DNA of 64,000 bases, from NCBI GenBank assembly GCA_000002435.2, contig CM018793.1. The stretch is one strand, 5' to 3'. Shown here piece by piece: positions 7,553 to 18,800 of the stretch (within the stretch, counting starts at the first letter, position 1; each line of letters starts with the position of its first letter). The stretch is from Giardia intestinalis (Eukaryota). The translations under genes and the position numbers were made by a program. The notes beneath the pieces were generated by a model. That model searched no databases. It saw nothing but the letters and a program-made list of their open reading frames with translations, and was not told where the DNA came from.

Positions 7553-9346
7553 ATGCTCACTCTGCAGCTCTTAGCGTTTCTGGAAATTTCAATGGGACGT
7601 GAGAAAGACCACATTTATTCATATGTATCTCCACAGAATTGCCCTGGACTAGATGTCACGGAGTTCACTAGTACATACGCAGACGGATTCTGTAAGATTT
7701 ACCTTCCAAAGGAGGCTTTTATGGGCGGTGATGTGCGTGTCACAATACGGTCTTTGGATTCTCCCAGCTCCGCGGACACTACTGAGCAGGTCCTTCATAA
7801 TGAGCTCACTCCAGCTATTTTCCCCGTGTACTCGTACAGTTCTTACACTTTTTCCCTTGCCGATGATAGCTGTCCAGCAAGTGCAGAGCAAACTTTGTTC
7901 TGCGTGCCTCCGGCGGAGCAAACTTCAGTGCTGTCTACGGAAGCGATCGCGATACTGTACGTGCTCTATGACCTAGAAATTAAGAGGGTTCTCCGTACAG
8001 ATTTACCAGTTCGTTCCACAAGAGGGTCGGGGCACTGTCTCGGTTTTTTCGATGGAATTTTCCCCGAGCACAACGTGCTATCTACGCTGCTTTCTCATGC
8101 CCTGTCTTCACAGTTTGGACGGCTTAACCTAGCGCTTATTCGGTTTCTTCAGCCAGGACCTGCCACTACTGGCTACTGGGCAAGAGCCCTGGGAGACATA
8201 GATGACTTTGATGTCGTCAGCAAGCTTTTCTCATCAACCTACACAGCGACCCTCCGAAAGCGGGAGGACGAGGATGGCGGCTTTCGCCTGGTTCTGGTTG
8301 TTGCGGACGAAGACGGGGACATCGTTGTTAGCATGGAATCCCAACCCTACCGGCCGCCTCATCTGGCTCCTCTAACCCGAGACGACGTACGCTACGAGAG
8401 TACTGGGACCCTAGGTACTGGAATGAACGTGTACTTGCGACGGAAGCCAGGCGTTGTCGTCCTCTTCAACTACTTCTCCCAGCCCGGTAGAGGATCTAGC
8501 CGCGGCCCATCGTGTTTGGATTACTTAGACATTCTCGGCCAACACTGCACATCCTACTCGTCCGGATATAACCTCTGTCCGGTCCAGTCAAAGCTTTCTA
8601 AGAACGATGTCCTAAACGCTATCGCCGAACAGCCAATTTATCTATCCACCGCCGAGGGGGAGGGCGATTGGACGAAACTATTTACTTTAGAAACTGGTGA
8701 CATGCTCAATGTTTGCGGATACTGGATGATAGACCAGCCCACTGTTGCCATTACGGAAGAGGGAGACGGGGCGATATATTTTTCAAACAAGAGCAGGCCA
8801 TCCCCGCTGACCTTCTTCCTCCTAGTCACAGCAGGGTGCTTTACTATATGCATGTGTGTAATCATGATGCTTCTATGCATAACGTCCTTTTGTGCTTGCC
8901 TGCGCTTGTATGCAGTGGATTTGCGTTGGTCTCCTCACAGAACCCCGGTGCCGGAGAGTCCGGGAGAGCTGAAGAAGCAGGTAGAACTGCAGAGAATTGG
9001 AGCTGAGACAGATACGTCGGTGGCGTGTGTATCTCCACTGCCCTCAAAAGCTATGTCTCCGCTCTTGCTACCACGGGGCGACGCGGCCAAAAAGCTTGCG
9101 TCTAAACAGAATCAATGTACTGGAGTCGCACTCGCTATTGCTGGCGCTACAACAAGTCTTGCAACAGGGTCTCCCCTCAGTGACCGAGAGCACAGCAGCG
9201 TCACGAGAGATACCATATATAGCAGCATAAGCGCAGGAAGCATGGCGAGCTCAATGGTGTGTGCACCGCCTACCGATTCCACGGCGGTACACTCAGAAGA
9301 CAAGCAAGATATGGACACTCCTGCAGTGTCAGGTTCGCTGGCATAA
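7553..9346 (+). CDS. type I membrane protein (signal peptide, one transmembrane helix, Ser/Ala-rich cytoplasmic tail), hypothetical
   Basis: ATG at 7553 sits in the A-rich context gaaaataca. The N-terminus MLTLQLLAFLEISMG is signal-like. There is a single strongly hydrophobic span, LTFFLLVTAGCFTICMCVIMMLLCITSFCACL. I recognise no conserved domain. Confidence 0.65.
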   Translation: MLTLQLLAFLEISMGREKDHIYSYVSPQNCPGLDVTEFTSTYADGFCKIYLPKEAFMGGDVRVTIRSLDSPSSADTTEQVLHNELTPAIFPVYSYSSYTFSLADDSCPASAEQTLFCVPPAEQTSVLSTEAIAILYVLYDLEIKRVLRTDLPVRSTRGSGHCLGFFDGIFPEHNVLSTLLSHALSSQFGRLNLALIRFLQPGPATTGYWARALGDIDDFDVVSKLFSSTYTATLRKREDEDGGFRLVLVVADEDGDIVVSMESQPYRPPHLAPLTRDDVRYESTGTLGTGMNVYLRRKPGVVVLFNYFSQPGRGSSRGPSCLDYLDILGQHCTSYSSGYNLCPVQSKLSKNDVLNAIAEQPIYLSTAEGEGDWTKLFTLETGDMLNVCGYWMIDQPTVAITEEGDGAIYFSNKSRPSPLTFFLLVTAGCFTICMCVIMMLLCITSFCACLRLYAVDLRWSPHRTPVPESPGELKKQVELQRIGAETDTSVACVSPLPSKAMSPLLLPRGDAAKKLASKQNQCTGVALAIAGATTSLATGSPLSDREHSSVTRDTIYSSISAGSMASSMVCAPPTDSTAVHSEDKQDMDTPAVSGSLA

Positions 9347-10279
9347 TCAATTTGAATCAAGGTAGTTCCTTATCTCTTCCTCTGGAACAACATGTACGCG
9401 CCCAAAGTGAACACCTGGCTCCATTGATCTGGCACCCCAGACGCTGATCATGCGAAATTCGGCGCTATCGTCTGCTGATGGCCCATGCTTATATAATTGT
9501 AAGGCACTTATAACTGTTGGAAAGATGTCACACTCGTGGACATACTTTGTGGGGTCTATTTGGTCCACCACTGCTTGCCTGTCTTTAGAAGGAAGCAGTG
9601 GGGGCATGTCGTATCCATATAATACCATGGCCTTCGGATGGAGCTGCTGCAATATTTCCATCGGTGTGCCATCAATCTGTTCATCGTCCGTCTCATCTTC
9701 GTGGTCATTGTTGATCTTTGCCCGTTCAAGTTCTCCTGAAGCAAGCTGCACCTGTTCTTGTTCAACTGGATACGAGCGCAGGTCGAAGGCTGGGAGTGAA
9801 CTACAGATCTTCAGATATGGTATGCCGTCTTGTTCCGTTGCTGAAGAAGTAGTCGCGGAACTAGATTCGGGAGCAGCAGAGACTGATAGCGATGCTCCTT
9901 TCAATGCACCAAGCAGGTCTGCAGATGCATTACCTACATCTTCCAGAAGAGATTGCTGCGGAGCTATGTGGGTTTGGGTTTGGGTTTGGCTGTTGACTTT
10001 TTCTTTCCAACAGTATGGAATGTTCACCGTCAAGGCGAGACCGGTGTCAACACAATGGACGCTATTGCATATGAATGTATAGGTCACCCTGTGTATGGTT
10101 ACCGTGGAGCCTGGAGAGATATGCTGTAGAAGCAGGACAAGGGGCTTGCGGCAATACTGACAGAGAAGATCGGGGGGATTGAACTGTAGAGGGAAACACG
10201 CACAGCCGCCAAGCTGACTATACATAATTGAAAGCTCGGAGGAGGCCAAGCGCCCGTTTAACACTGCAATTTTGTACAT
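9347..10279 (-). CDS. PDCD2/TSR4-like protein
   Basis: The start is ATG. The N-terminal block SQLGGCACFPLQFNPPDLLCQYCRKPLVLLLQHISP...HRVTYTFICNSVHC parallels the PDCD2 N-domain pattern SKVGGRPAWL...CxxCGxPLSFLLQVYAP...FHRxIFLFCCxxxxC. The match to the PDCD2_C region is weak. Confidence 0.5.
   Translation of the reverse strand: MYKIAVLNGRLASSELSIMYSQLGGCACFPLQFNPPDLLCQYCRKPLVLLLQHISPGSTVTIHRVTYTFICNSVHCVDTGLALTVNIPYCWKEKVNSQTQTQTHIAPQQSLLEDVGNASADLLGALKGASLSVSAAPESSSATTSSATEQDGIPYLKICSSLPAFDLRSYPVEQEQVQLASGELERAKINNDHEDETDDEQIDGTPMEILQQLHPKAMVLYGYDMPPLLPSKDRQAVVDQIDPTKYVHECDIFPTVISALQLYKHGPSADDSAEFRMISVWGARSMEPGVHFGRVHVVPEEEIRNYLDSN
9969..9991. repeat. (TGGGTT)n hexamer microsatellite, about 3.5 units, inside the PDCD2-like CDS
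   Basis: The sequence gtgggtttgggtttgggtttggc encodes QTQTQT in the minus-strand protein. Confidence 0.8.
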
Positions 10280-10319
10280 TGACTATCGAAAAATATTCAA
10301 AAAACAAATTTCCGAGATT

Positions 10320-13300
10320 ATGGCTACATCCTTGGTTTTGGAGAAGTACAGATTCGGTGAATGCATCAGTAATGGTTTCAACGGAAAGGTTCACAAAGTT
10401 TTTGATAAGACCGACGACACTCTTTACGCCTGTCGAAGCGTTAGCTATGAAAACATCTCAAGTAAGCTTATCAAACAGGCCCGAAAGGAATGGCCTCTCC
10501 TCAAGAAGGTGGAGCATGCTTCTGTGGCCCAGATCATCGAGGTGATAGATGACGAGGCCGCGAAGACCGTTCATTACATAATGGAATATTATCCTCATGG
10601 AGATTTAGGTGCATACATACGGAAGCGGGCGCAGGAGCAGGACCATGTCCCTGAACAACTGGTCTGGCTCATCATGACTCAACTCATAGAGGGGCTTGCA
10701 TACCTTCATAACCCCCACAAAAGAAACGCTCAAGGGATTGGTGCGATCGTTCACAGGCATCTGTCCCCCTCTAATGTGCTTATTTCTGAAGACAACGAAG
10801 TTCGCATATCGGATTTTAAGGTCATTCGCGACGAAAGTGACTCTTCGTATATCGCTGATGAAAACTATATGAAGCGGCAGTCATACAGGTCCCCGGAGAC
10901 CCTAGCCAATGAACCTGAAAATGAAACAGGCGACATCTGGTCCCTAGGGTGCATCATCTACGAGCTCTGTACGTTTCAGGCCCCGTTCGTGGCGACAGAC
11001 GTTTCATCAATGCTTATGCTTCAGCAGATGGACCACACGGACGATATTAGTAAGCTGCCTGCTATCTACAGCGACGACTTGCGCAGCGTGCTGGGATCTA
11101 TGCTGGTTGCGAACAAGAAGCGACGTAATTCAGTGGTCGGCCTCAAAGCCAACAAGACCATTCGGGAATACAATTTGGAAGTCCACAAGCTTTACGAGCG
11201 ACGGTACGTGCGCGAACGGGAGCGAGAAAGGACACAACGGGGCCTGGCCCCGCCAGAGATAATTGACTATCAGCGGACGCCACTAATGCTTGCCGCGGAG
11301 GAAGGTGATATAAAGCAAGTTAAGCGGCGCCTTAAGAAAGATGTAGGCATGCAAGATTTGGTTGGGAAGACTGCGCTGATGTACGCTGCACAAGCCGGTA
11401 AGGATGGAGTGTGTCGCATCCTTTTGGATATGGAGGCTAGAATGGTCTGCAAGAAAGGCAAGACGGCGCTTATCTACGCAACTGAAGCCGGTGCCAATGC
11501 ATGCATAGAGCTTTTGGTGAAGTATGAAGCAAAGATGCAGTCTAATGATCAACGCACCGCGCTTATGTTCGCCATACTCAAGAAGAATGCTCATGCTGTT
11601 CAAGTACTTGCTCCCTATGAGCACTCCATCTGCAATTCGGATAATGTAACGCCGACAATGCTGGCATGCTGCGAAGGAAACCCTTTTGCAGTAAATGTTC
11701 TGAGTGCCTACGAGGCCGGAATGCAGGACATAAAGGGGTGGACAGCTCTACACTATGCAGCTGCTCAGAACTCCGTCCTGTGCATGAACTATCTGCTGGA
11801 CAAAGAGATCAAGAAGCTCACCCTCTCTGGACTGACCCCATTGATGATCGCAGCGCACTCCGGTCATGCAAAGGCCATTAAGCGCCTGCTTCCTTACAAT
11901 AAGCGGGTCTGGGATCACGAAAACCGAACAGCACTTATGTATGCTGTAAGGCAAGGCCATCTTGAGGCAACGATGCTTCTTTTAGACGAGGAGGCGAACT
12001 TCCAGGACAAGCAGCACAAGACCGCGCTGATGATGGCCGTGGAGCGTAACCATAAGCACATAGTGGAATATATGGTTAAGTCCTCCAAAGTGGAGTGGGG
12101 CCTCCGGAATACCCAAGGCTATACGGCACTACACATGGCCGTGTTATACAACTATTCAGAGTGTGCAGCTCTGCTTCTGCCCAGAGAGGCCCGAATACCA
12201 ATACTCCTAGATCCACATGGCCCCGAGTATGGAGAAACGGCCTTTGAATTAGCGTTTAATAGAGAAAACTACCAGATGGCCATGCTGTTGGCTCCGATTG
12301 AGGGCCCACGAGCCACAAACGAAATCGATCAGGAACGTCGCACTGACCTAATCAGAGCAGCAGAAAGAGGCGACGCCATGTCAGTCATCTGTTTTGCTAG
12401 CCAAGCTGGGTGCATAGACATCTACAACAAAACTGCATTGATGTATGCCGCAGAAAGCAACAACCAGACCATCGTGAAAGCACTTATTCCATATGAGGCG
12501 AATATCGAGGCGAATGGTCTCAAGGCCCTGACATATGCTCTCTTGAATAACAACATAGAAGTTGCAGAGCTGCTTGCGCCCAGTGAGAGCATAGATATCT
12601 CCAAGTACTCACGCCTTGATAACCGTGAGACAGAGCTGATGAAGGCAGTGGCAGAGGGTGACATACTCCGGACATGGTGCTTGCGCTTCCAAGCTGGGCT
12701 CCACAATACGGACGGCACCACTGCCCTAATGATTGCTGCTACTACCGGCAATCTATATGCGACGCGTCTTTTGGTGGCCCATGAGGCTGGGATGCGGCGC
12801 AATGACCATCAGCGGGCGTACACACTCGCAATGCTGGCAGGTAACCATGGAATAGCAAAGATTTTGTCAGACTATGAAGACACAGACCTCAATGTGCAAA
12901 ACAACACTCCACTCATGTTGGCCGCTGTTGAGAACCGGATTTTGGACATCAAAGCCAATATTAGATACCTCGGGTCACGAAACGCTGATAATAAAACTGC
13001 GCTGATGTTCGCTGCAGAGCGGGGACACCTGGATGCCGTGAAGCTCCTCTTGGACGAGGCCAAGACAAAGATGATAACAATGGACTGGCGCAATGGATAC
13101 ACAGCTCTGATGTTAGCAGCTAAATATAACAAGGTGTCTGTCTGCGAGTGCCTGCTGAGCAGAGAACGTGGGATGAGGAATAAAGCAGACTGGACGGCGC
13201 TAATGATTGCTGCTCAGGCAAACTCTATCGATGCTGCCCGTGTGCTTTTTACAGAAGAGGCAGGTATGCTTCTATTGTCTGGTGAGACGACCACTTGCAA

Positions 13301-13931
13301 AACTGCGATGATGATAGCTGCCGAGTACGGGCGACACGAGGTGGTGCAACTACTACTGCCCTATGAGGGCGGTAAGCAGACCAGCGAAGGGCGCTCAGCA
13401 CTCATGTTTGCTGCCGCGAATGGTCATGTGGAGGCCGTGAATATTCTGGCCAAGGTGGAGAGCCGCCTTCAGCTATCCTCCAGATCTTCGGCACCGGGAT
13501 CAACAGCTATCCATATTGCCGCTGAGTTTGGGCAACTGGACTGCGTGAAGGCTCTGATACCTCACTGCCTTGCCATTAAGCGCAACGATGGCTTTACGTC
13601 GCTGATGCTTGCAGCCGGTCGGAACCATCTGGAGATTGTCAAGCTCTTGGCAGAGCGTCAGATAAGACTCCAAGCTAACAATGGACTGTCGGCCCTGATG
13701 ATTGCGGCAAGCAGAGGATACTCGGACATTGTAAAGATCCTAATGGACGACGAGGCTGGCCTGACCAATGCAGATGGATACACAGCGCTGATGCTGGCTG
13801 CACAAGCAGGTCACGCAGATGTCTGCAGTTTACTTCGTCCACGGGAAGAAGCTATTACTCATCGCAGCGGAGCATCCCTGTTGGATATGGCGCAAGGAGA
13901 AGCAAGGGACTTGTTCATCAGTACTATCTAA
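10320..13931 (+). CDS. Nek-family protein kinase domain (predicted pseudokinase) fused to more than 20 ankyrin repeats
   Basis: The ORF-track start at 10272 is TTG, so I moved the start to ATG at 10320 (MATSLVLEKYRF). The kinase subdomains are degenerate. The glycine-rich loop is weak (ISNGFNGKV). The VAIK lysine appears replaced (LYACRSV). The catalytic loop reads HRHLSPSN instead of HRDLKPxN. DFK replaces DFG. SPE and DIWSLGCIIYEL are retained. Downstream there are about 24 repeats of the TALMxAAxxGHxxxVxxLL ankyrin type. Confidence 0.85.
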   Translation: MATSLVLEKYRFGECISNGFNGKVHKVFDKTDDTLYACRSVSYENISSKLIKQARKEWPLLKKVEHASVAQIIEVIDDEAAKTVHYIMEYYPHGDLGAYIRKRAQEQDHVPEQLVWLIMTQLIEGLAYLHNPHKRNAQGIGAIVHRHLSPSNVLISEDNEVRISDFKVIRDESDSSYIADENYMKRQSYRSPETLANEPENETGDIWSLGCIIYELCTFQAPFVATDVSSMLMLQQMDHTDDISKLPAIYSDDLRSVLGSMLVANKKRRNSVVGLKANKTIREYNLEVHKLYERRYVRERERERTQRGLAPPEIIDYQRTPLMLAAEEGDIKQVKRRLKKDVGMQDLVGKTALMYAAQAGKDGVCRILLDMEARMVCKKGKTALIYATEAGANACIELLVKYEAKMQSNDQRTALMFAILKKNAHAVQVLAPYEHSICNSDNVTPTMLACCEGNPFAVNVLSAYEAGMQDIKGWTALHYAAAQNSVLCMNYLLDKEIKKLTLSGLTPLMIAAHSGHAKAIKRLLPYNKRVWDHENRTALMYAVRQGHLEATMLLLDEEANFQDKQHKTALMMAVERNHKHIVEYMVKSSKVEWGLRNTQGYTALHMAVLYNYSECAALLLPREARIPILLDPHGPEYGETAFELAFNRENYQMAMLLAPIEGPRATNEIDQERRTDLIRAAERGDAMSVICFASQAGCIDIYNKTALMYAAESNNQTIVKALIPYEANIEANGLKALTYALLNNNIEVAELLAPSESIDISKYSRLDNRETELMKAVAEGDILRTWCLRFQAGLHNTDGTTALMIAATTGNLYATRLLVAHEAGMRRNDHQRAYTLAMLAGNHGIAKILSDYEDTDLNVQNNTPLMLAAVENRILDIKANIRYLGSRNADNKTALMFAAERGHLDAVKLLLDEAKTKMITMDWRNGYTALMLAAKYNKVSVCECLLSRERGMRNKADWTALMIAAQANSIDAARVLFTEEAGMLLLSGETTTCKTAMMIAAEYGRHEVVQLLLPYEGGKQTSEGRSALMFAAANGHVEAVNILAKVESRLQLSSRSSAPGSTAIHIAAEFGQLDCVKALIPHCLAIKRNDGFTSLMLAAGRNHLEIVKLLAERQIRLQANNGLSALMIAASRGYSDIVKILMDDEAGLTNADGYTALMLAAQAGHADVCSLLRPREEAITHRSGASLLDMAQGEARDLFISTI

Positions 13932-13954
13932 AGTATTCTCATACATGTTGGCCC

Positions 13955-15766
13955 TCATAGGTCTTGAATGGTGTTTATGTTTGCATGCGTAGAGTCAAAC
14001 CCAAACAGCTCAAAGGTGTCAACATCGTTTTCTGCTAGTAGGCCTTGGACACTTTTAGAGATGGCCCGCATGAGGACGTTTCTTTTCTGTTCATTCTCCA
14101 CAGTTACAACACACTGAGCAGTCGCAGACATGAATGACAAAAACCGGTCCACATGCTGAATCGACTGTGTATACCCGCAGTGGTGTTTGTTTATGGAGCT
14201 TTTGCTATGCTGATTAGGATGGGCCCCTGTTCCTGGTGTTTGAACAAGTGTATCTGGCCTAGACAATTTAAAGTTATTATCGTGCGCTGTGTCTGGGGGC
14301 CCTGTCCTGTTAGGCCGGGCTTCTTCGACTTGCTGCATCTTTTTACTAGTGGTACGGGAATTGCGTTTTGTTTCTGTCGATTTTGGTCGCTTTCGGGGGA
14401 GATTGACCCCTATTAGTTCTGAGGTGTGCAAGTCCCTATCTCTACTTCTATTTGCCCCGTCTCCAGACGTCCGCTTATTATATTCTCCTGCAGACTCTGG
14501 TCTCTTGGGGCGGTTATTAGTCATGCGGAATACTGCCGCTTCCATTGCGTTGCCGTCGGGGACAATCGTCTCTAGGGCTACTTGAGGAACGATAGGTTCA
14601 TGGGCAGGATGCCTCTGTGGGTATCGGCTGTACTCGTATGCAGTTTCTGTTCCAGAATTGTTCCGCGTGCTGGCCAACGATTCCCGGGGTTGGGGCGTGA
14701 CATTTTCTGAAGCCCTCTCCATTGTATCTCGTAAAGAGTACATGTAAATTCGCACATTGTCGAAGGTATCAAAACGCTTGATCTGCCCAGACGTGTGATG
14801 TATCGTCACAGGCTTGAGGCTCAGCGAATTGATGCGGTCGCAGATAGCGGGAAAGTCATAGGCAGAAGGGACTACGTTAAAGGAGAAGTGATAGTATGGA
14901 TTGCGAAGAGCCAGGCTACTGCTGTATAGCTCAGAAAGCGCGTGTTCTTTTCCAACCTCCCCTTGCTTTGACAGCTGATAGGATTCCAGCTGAAGCTTAC
15001 GTTTTCGATAGAGCTCTACAAGTTCCTTTCCAGTTACTTCATTTATGTATGCATTATTGGCGCTGTCATAGATGTCAAGAGCAGCAGCAAGGACCTGCTT
15101 CCGTACTGACTGATGCTTTGTTGAGTAGATGTATGACTCTGTTATGGCAAGCTTGTTTCTGCTTGTGCTACTGGCCCATGCGTTTCCAAATATGCATGAT
15201 GACGCAGAAATACCGTCCTGAGAAGGGATTAGTGCGTATGTGGCCTTCTGCACTGGAGCCGGAATCTCTCGCTCAATGTATATCGGCCTATACTCTGCTG
15301 CAAGTCCAGGCCAGAGCACGGCTAGTAGACCAGTGGAGATCCGTGTGTCTGTTTTGAAAACCTCAACAAACTGGGTCTGCACATAGTGCGTCCTACGCTG
15401 CAGATCAACGTTACAGGGGGATCTGTCCAGTGTAACCTTGGTCTGCTCAGGCCCCTTAACGAGAAATGAGAAGCTCCAGCGCCCCTGATTATGCTTACAA
15501 CGGAAGAAAAGATTCTTCTTCGTTGCAGCGGAATGCAAGAAGCGGACAAGCTGTGAAGGAATCCAGATCGAAAAGCAAGCGAGTCCGAGAAGCATGCTAG
15601 CGATTTCGCCTACTGCGGAGGCTTCGTCATGCCCTCTAGTAATGCCCTCCACGGGGTCTTTGTCTGGTGCTAAGACGGCTGCCAAGGCACTAATAGCGTC
15701 GTGTATTTGCCTCCGCTGAGTTCTATCTAGAAGATCGGTCATCGAAGTGACCAGGTTTGTTGTCAT
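13955..15766 (-). CDS. hypothetical protein (about 603 aa), basic Ser/Arg-rich central region
   Basis: The ORF-track start at 15817 is TTG (plus strand caa), so I moved it to the first ATG at 15766 (MTTNLVTSMTDLL). It is a long uninterrupted ORF and I recognise no domain. Confidence 0.55.
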   Translation of the reverse strand: MTTNLVTSMTDLLDRTQRRQIHDAISALAAVLAPDKDPVEGITRGHDEASAVGEIASMLLGLACFSIWIPSQLVRFLHSAATKKNLFFRCKHNQGRWSFSFLVKGPEQTKVTLDRSPCNVDLQRRTHYVQTQFVEVFKTDTRISTGLLAVLWPGLAAEYRPIYIEREIPAPVQKATYALIPSQDGISASSCIFGNAWASSTSRNKLAITESYIYSTKHQSVRKQVLAAALDIYDSANNAYINEVTGKELVELYRKRKLQLESYQLSKQGEVGKEHALSELYSSSLALRNPYYHFSFNVVPSAYDFPAICDRINSLSLKPVTIHHTSGQIKRFDTFDNVRIYMYSLRDTMERASENVTPQPRESLASTRNNSGTETAYEYSRYPQRHPAHEPIVPQVALETIVPDGNAMEAAVFRMTNNRPKRPESAGEYNKRTSGDGANRSRDRDLHTSELIGVNLPRKRPKSTETKRNSRTTSKKMQQVEEARPNRTGPPDTAHDNNFKLSRPDTLVQTPGTGAHPNQHSKSSINKHHCGYTQSIQHVDRFLSFMSATAQCVVTVENEQKRNVLMRAISKSVQGLLAENDVDTFELFGFDSTHANINTIQDL

Positions 15767-15851
15767 TAGCCCAGTAAATCCTATTTTTGCCCGTCCATCT
15801 CCTTCCTTATGAGCCAAAGACTGGTTGCCCTAGCACCAGTAATTTACATAG

Positions 15852-18800
15852 CTAAATAATGTCGTCGACTATTTGGTTAGCAAAATACTCCTCCAAGGAC
15901 GTAATCGCTCCCCCCAATGCCGCAGATACACTGTCCGCATCTACTTCTAGGAGCCCGACAAGGATAGTATCTATGGCGTGCTTGATGCTTAGCAGTGCGT
16001 GGTGGTGATCGTAGCACGTGATGTCACTCGCCACAACAGCAAGGTTGTCCTTCATCTTCCTGATCACACCTACTCGCCTTGCGGTCCCGTTAAGTATGTC
16101 CTCACACATGAGCTGCTTGGACGCCTCCTCAGATAGAGACTTTAGGCGATCGAAAAGCCGCATGGTGATGTAGATGCTGCGCTTTACCTCGGAGTCCACG
16201 CTTGTCTCTAGGATGTCTGTCGAGAGAGTCAAAAACCGACCCAGCTGGTTGCTAACAAACATGTCGATGAAGTTGTCTGTGTCCATTAATCGCTGAGCTG
16301 TTTGCTTGCGTACTAGCTCTGCATCGTTGTCTTGAGGAATGAGCGCGGTGGGCTTATCCGCCAGCTGAGTGACAGAGCTCGCACTGGGCGCTGGCCGTAT
16401 GAGGGCAGCCGACGGAGGGATCTCCTCTATCTGGCTAAAGCTGTAGAATTGCTCGGCTATCACTTCTGAATTCCACTGTTTAATGGTGTGACTGCAAAGC
16501 TCTCTGAAAGCAGCCTCGTTGATTCTGTTGACGCATCCGTGCTCTCGGCCGAAGTGCAAAAGGATTGTCTGCAGCGCCTGATATAATGTCTTCCTGAAAG
16601 AGGAGTAAGCATAGAAGATTATTGCTACAACCCTGGAGAATGGTATAGTGAGCTCTCTGTATTGCTCTGCTGATCGAGTACGCCTATCATAAACGCTTCC
16701 TATGATAGACGCAGCCAAATCTTCTCTTCGAGCTCGCTCCCAGTTAGTGAACATGATGCTGAGCAGGGGCTCAATAGAGGTGATAGGGATTGGCTCAAGG
16801 ATGTTAATGGTCGCATCACGTAATTCCTTAGCACTGTCAGCAATATATGTGTTGAGCTGAAGCGACCTACGAAGATCCAAGTATGCTAAGAAGTAGTCGT
16901 TATCTAAGTCACTGAAGAGCATGCGGGCAAACAGGTATACTTCATCGTTCTCGTACTGATAGAAAATAACATTTGCGATGATGCAGTATAACAAGCTCGA
17001 AACAAGGGAGCGCAATCCATATCTGCTCTTGCACCAATACACCAAAAAGTGAGGAAGAGATTCTGCGTCTTCTCTACAAAGCTCCCCAGGAACAAGCATG
17101 AACTCATATGCTGTTGTGATGTGTTCGTCAGCCATCGGTGCTGCCCCAACACTGGTAGTGAGTAGATTTTTCTCCACTAAATGCTCAGCCTTGTGTTCAT
17201 CGTGTCGGGCGATAATGATAGTCTCTGTGGCTATTTGGCGCTTATAGAGTACCATTCGAATAATCTTGAGTGTCCATATAAGTGATTTTAGATAGCATGC
17301 AGTGATTGGGATCCTGATGTATGCCTGCTTGCTGACCAGTGATGTTACGATTTGGGTCGGGGTGAGAGTAACTTGCTCCAGTAGCTTGAAGATGATAGGT
17401 AACGAATCTATCGGCGCCATGAGGTCGTGCGAGCTCCCTGCCCCCTTGTCCACATCAAGCATTCCGCGATCTGATGCATAGTGCAGGCTTGCAGAAGATA
17501 GCCGAACGAACGAGACCTGATCACCAACAGTCGGCAATAGGGTGGCCGGCTGCTTGGCCAGTGGCTTCACTATCGGGGACCCCATGCTGGCGTCTTGGGT
17601 CCTTTTGAGTTCGGTATCTATCTGATTAATCGTAGCCTTCTGCAATGCTGATGTTGCAGCCAAATCCTTATGGAACTTAACTCTACTGCTCAAGAGGCAC
17701 GGAGAGCACATGATCTGTCTTGTAGCAGTATTTGCCGGCTTCAGCACTTTGTCGTCAGACGATTCCTGCATTTGAAGAAGAGATGTTTGATTTGAGCTCG
17801 TAGACAGGGTGTACTTGGCAAAGATCTTGTCTAGAGTTGTCTGCATTAGGAAGTAACAATACGGAGTAATGTTGAGTGGATTAGCTTGCATATATGTCAA
17901 GGAGCCATATCTGGGATGAGGTACCGATCCCACCGGAATTGGACCGGTGAACTGCACAAGCTTCGAATCAGTAGGAGATACGTTGTTGAGTGAAGTGACA
18001 ATAAGAAGATCATTTGTTGCGGGTTGCTTTCTATCCTGATGCATCAGCTTAGCTGTTGGAGAGGGTGCTGGAGACTCTGGGGCGGTAACAAAGACGTTGG
18101 TGAGTGCCTTCGTTCCAGTGGATAATGCCTTGTAGTGTGAAGAGGGATCTGTGTTGTCCGCCACACCGATGACTGAGTTGATTGCCCTACTTACGGGCCT
18201 TCGTTGCTTGGCGAAAAGTACATTACTGTTTTGGATGATGTGTTTGATTTCACTAGGCGAAATTCCCATAGATATGGCAGTGTGGTTAGCCATGTAAGGA
18301 TCTGAGCCAAAGAATTTTCTAGTACTTGCCTTGTTTTTGATAATAAAAGGTCGGATAGGCGATACCCCAAAGTTACTGATAAATCTACTCTCCGGCTGTG
18401 CAAGCACATTTAGGTACGCTGCTGACAGTAGCTTTGCGTGTTCGGAATTACTAGGCAGCATGCCTGGCTGGGCTATCTGAATGTACTTCTTGTTATCTCC
18501 TTCAGCTTCAGCCTCTGGCACGGCCGGCAAGTCGGTATGGAGTAGGAACTCGCCCGACGAGCCTCTCCGTAGTTTGTTTACGATTCTGGCAAACTTATTG
18601 CTTGATGTTTGACGGAGCAGTGTGTTGAGCTCCTGTCCTTGGCCATCTAGTGTGGGATCTAGTTCATCGTCCTGATCATCGAGGCTAGTATTTAGACTCG
18701 AATTAAGGTATTTATCAGGGTGCTCCACAAGATTTATGGCTGATTGAAAAGGGAAAAGAGGGGTCACCTGGAGAAGATTTCGCTTTCCACCGGACGCTCC

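Noticed and set aside
15852-17500. TBC/RabGAP domain at the C-terminus of the 3088-aa protein
   Set aside because: The helical pattern is only loosely similar. Neither the IxxDxxR arginine finger nor the YxQ glutamine finger is present.
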